Sequence record: SRR16203515_1144
Reading direction: 5' to 3' (one strand)
DNA length: 51,183 bases
In this document: positions 49,420-51,183 of the stretch, in pieces
Layout of the letters: every line of letters starts with the position of its first letter
How positions within the stretch are numbered: the first letter of the stretch is position 1
The notes under the pieces: generated by a model
Told to the model about the DNA's origin: nothing
Seen by the model: the letters and a program-made list of their open reading frames with translations, nothing else
Database searches by the model: none
Program-made: the position numbers and the translations under genes

Positions 49420-50379
49420 TTATGAGGGTGAAATCATCTCGGATTGTTTGACGATGACTTCTGCCTGTTTGATTGACGCAATATCAACCAAACGCCCTTT
49501 GTAAACTGTTGCGCCCTCACCGTTTGCTTTGGCCGCTTCCATAGCTTCCAAAATTTCGCGCGCTTCTGTCACAGCTTCTTCTGATGGTGTGAACACTTCA
49601 TTTGATAGCGCAACTTGTTTGGGATGGATGGCCCATTTGCCAACCATACCCAATGTCGCCGAACGACGAGCCTGTGCGCGGAAACCTTCATCATCCGAAA
49701 AATCGCCATAAGGGCCATCGACAGGCAAAACACCATGTGTGCGACATGCCGCAACAATAGCAGATTGCGCCCAATGCCATGGATCAGACCAATAGTTTTT
49801 ACCCTCATGATGCATGTAATAATTTGCCTGCGTACCACCGATACCTGTCGTCGCCATACCCATTGAAGCCGCAAAATCAGCGGCCCCCAGTGACATCGCC
49901 TGAAGACGTGGTGTTGCCGCGGCGATTTCTTCGACATGGGCAATGCCAGCGGCGCTTTCGATGATGACCTCAAATGCGATCTGTTTGGTGCGTCCCTGCG
50001 CGCGTTCGACGGCCGTGACAAGCGCATCAACCGCATAAAGATCCGCAGCGCACCCAACCTTTGGGATCATGATTTGATCCAACCGCTCGGTTGCATTTTC
50101 CAGCAGTTCAATCACATCGCGATACCAATAGGGCGTGTCCAAACCATTGATGCGGACAGACAGTGTTTTGGTTCCCCAATCAATCGAACCAATTGCATCA
50201 ATCACGTTTTGCCGTGCACTCTGTTTGTCAGAGGGCGCAACTGAGTCTTCTAGGTCAAGATTGATCACGTCCGCAGCGCTTGCCGCCATTTTTTCAAAAA
50301 TCGCTGGACGCGAACCTGGGCCAAACAATTGACAACGATTTGGACGGGCAACAGGAGTTGGTTGGATGCGAAATGACAT
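49420..50379 (-). CDS. mcl: L-malyl-CoA/beta-methylmalyl-CoA lyase (CitE family)
   Basis: MSFRIQP..ARPNRCQLFGPGS, LDLEDSVAP, LGAADFAAS, DGPYGDF, KWAIHP; matches Rhodobacteraceae Mcl1. Confidence 0.9.
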   Translation of the reverse strand: MSFRIQPTPVARPNRCQLFGPGSRPAIFEKMAASAADVINLDLEDSVAPSDKQSARQNVIDAIGSIDWGTKTLSVRINGLDTPYWYRDVIELLENATERLDQIMIPKVGCAADLYAVDALVTAVERAQGRTKQIAFEVIIESAAGIAHVEEIAAATPRLQAMSLGAADFAASMGMATTGIGGTQANYYMHHEGKNYWSDPWHWAQSAIVAACRTHGVLPVDGPYGDFSDDEGFRAQARRSATLGMVGKWAIHPKQVALSNEVFTPSEEAVTEAREILEAMEAAKANGEGATVYKGRLVDIASIKQAEVIVKQSEMISPS

Positions 50380-50560
50380 GACGGCCTTTCTGCTTGCGCA
50401 ACTAAATTTCGAATTTCACAGGAAGTTGGTTATAAAATTACCAATCCAAGCGCAACAAAATTTTGCATTTGCAGCAATTTTTCTGCATCGCCGCAGGATG
50501 ATTGGAATTGAAAGTCCATCCAAAGGATGATTCAATCTTATGATCGCCAAGGAAACATGT

Positions 50561-51183
50561 ATGAAAATCGACGTATCGCAAGACTCCTTCCCATTAAAAT
50601 CCGCGTTCCGCATTTCACGCGGCAGCAAAACAACCGCGGATGTAGTGACAGTCAAACTGACACGGAATGGCGTTCAGGGATGGGGGGAATGCGTTCCGTA
50701 TGCACGATATTGGGAAACAGTTGCAAGCGTGATTGAACAACTGCAATCGGTACCCCCACACATAACCCGCGCTGAATTAATCGAAACGCTACCCGCTGGC
50801 GCGGCACGCAATGCATTGGATTGCGCGATTTGGGATTTGAAGGCCAAGGAAACAAACAGCCGCGTTTGGCAATTGGCCAAATTGCCGAAACCACAACCTG
50901 TGCAAACGGCATTCACACTTTCGCTAGATACGGTCGAAAACATGACGCGCGCCGCCGCGGAAAACGCCCACCGTCCGATCCTAAAGTTGAAAGTGGGCAC
51001 ACCCGGTGATTTGGACCGACTTGTGGCCGTGCGCGATGCAGCACCAGATGCGAAATTGGTCATCGATGCGAATGAAGGTTGGACAATAGACGACTATCAC
51101 ATGCTAATTGATCACCTTGTGGACATGGACATTGCGTTTATCGAACAACCATTTCCTGCAGGGCAGGATACATGCCTGAGCGA
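50561..51183 (+). CDS. Enolase-superfamily L-Ala-D/L-Glu epimerase / N-acetyl-D-Glu racemase (DgcA-like), partial (runs off the window)
   Basis: Manual translation MKIDVSQDSFPLKSAFRISRGSK...GECVPYARY...GAARNALDCAIWD...LKLK...DANEGW...IEQP. Not in the ORF track because there is no stop in the window. Confidence 0.9.
   Translation, partial: MKIDVSQDSFPLKSAFRISRGSKTTADVVTVKLTRNGVQGWGECVPYARYWETVASVIEQLQSVPPHITRAELIETLPAGAARNALDCAIWDLKAKETNSRVWQLAKLPKPQPVQTAFTLSLDTVENMTRAAAENAHRPILKLKVGTPGDLDRLVAVRDAAPDAKLVIDANEGWTIDDYHMLIDHLVDMDIAFIEQPFPAGQDTCLS

Overview
A gene-dense chromosomal segment from a marine Rhodobacteraceae/Roseobacteraceae-type alphaproteobacterium (inferred from the gene families and their order). 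It is mostly housekeeping and catabolic: 3' end of hemC, SDR, RsmC-like methyltransferase, clpS, D,D-carboxypeptidase, yejABEF, cycM, pheA, nudC, SRP RNA (ffs), dnaX-ybaB-recR, trcR (DUF1013), RNase T2, mcd, znuA/zur-znuCB with a Zur box, split mnmC, slt, dapA, a urate/allantoin catabolic cluster (puuD, LysR, uraH, puuE-uraD, allA, NCS2), gabD, pnp, rpsO, an RTX-repeat protein, truB, tRNA-Ala(GGC), GntR, accA, mcl and a partial dgcA-like epimerase. I found no CRISPR array, IS element, integrase or prophage. The strongest non-routine signal is a deletion scar at ~4130-4652, where the 3' ends of ccoI (- strand, with an internal stop) and hemN (+ strand) are joined back-to-back beside an orphan ccoS. 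This implies loss of the microaerobic fnrL-ccoNOQP-ccoGH block. Other signs of decay are a nonsense codon in an SRPBCC-like gene, a G7 frameshift in a DMT gene and a degraded ORF beside the tRNA. Unannotated non-coding candidates include a multi-stem RNA in the trcR leader, a motif shared upstream of the ethylmalonyl-CoA genes mcd and mcl, near-identical promoters for rpsO and pnp, and a perfect 16-bp GntR operator. All gene calls come from motif recognition, not database searches. The A/C-skewed first 100 bp suggests a metagenome assembly, so single-base lesions need read-level confirmation.
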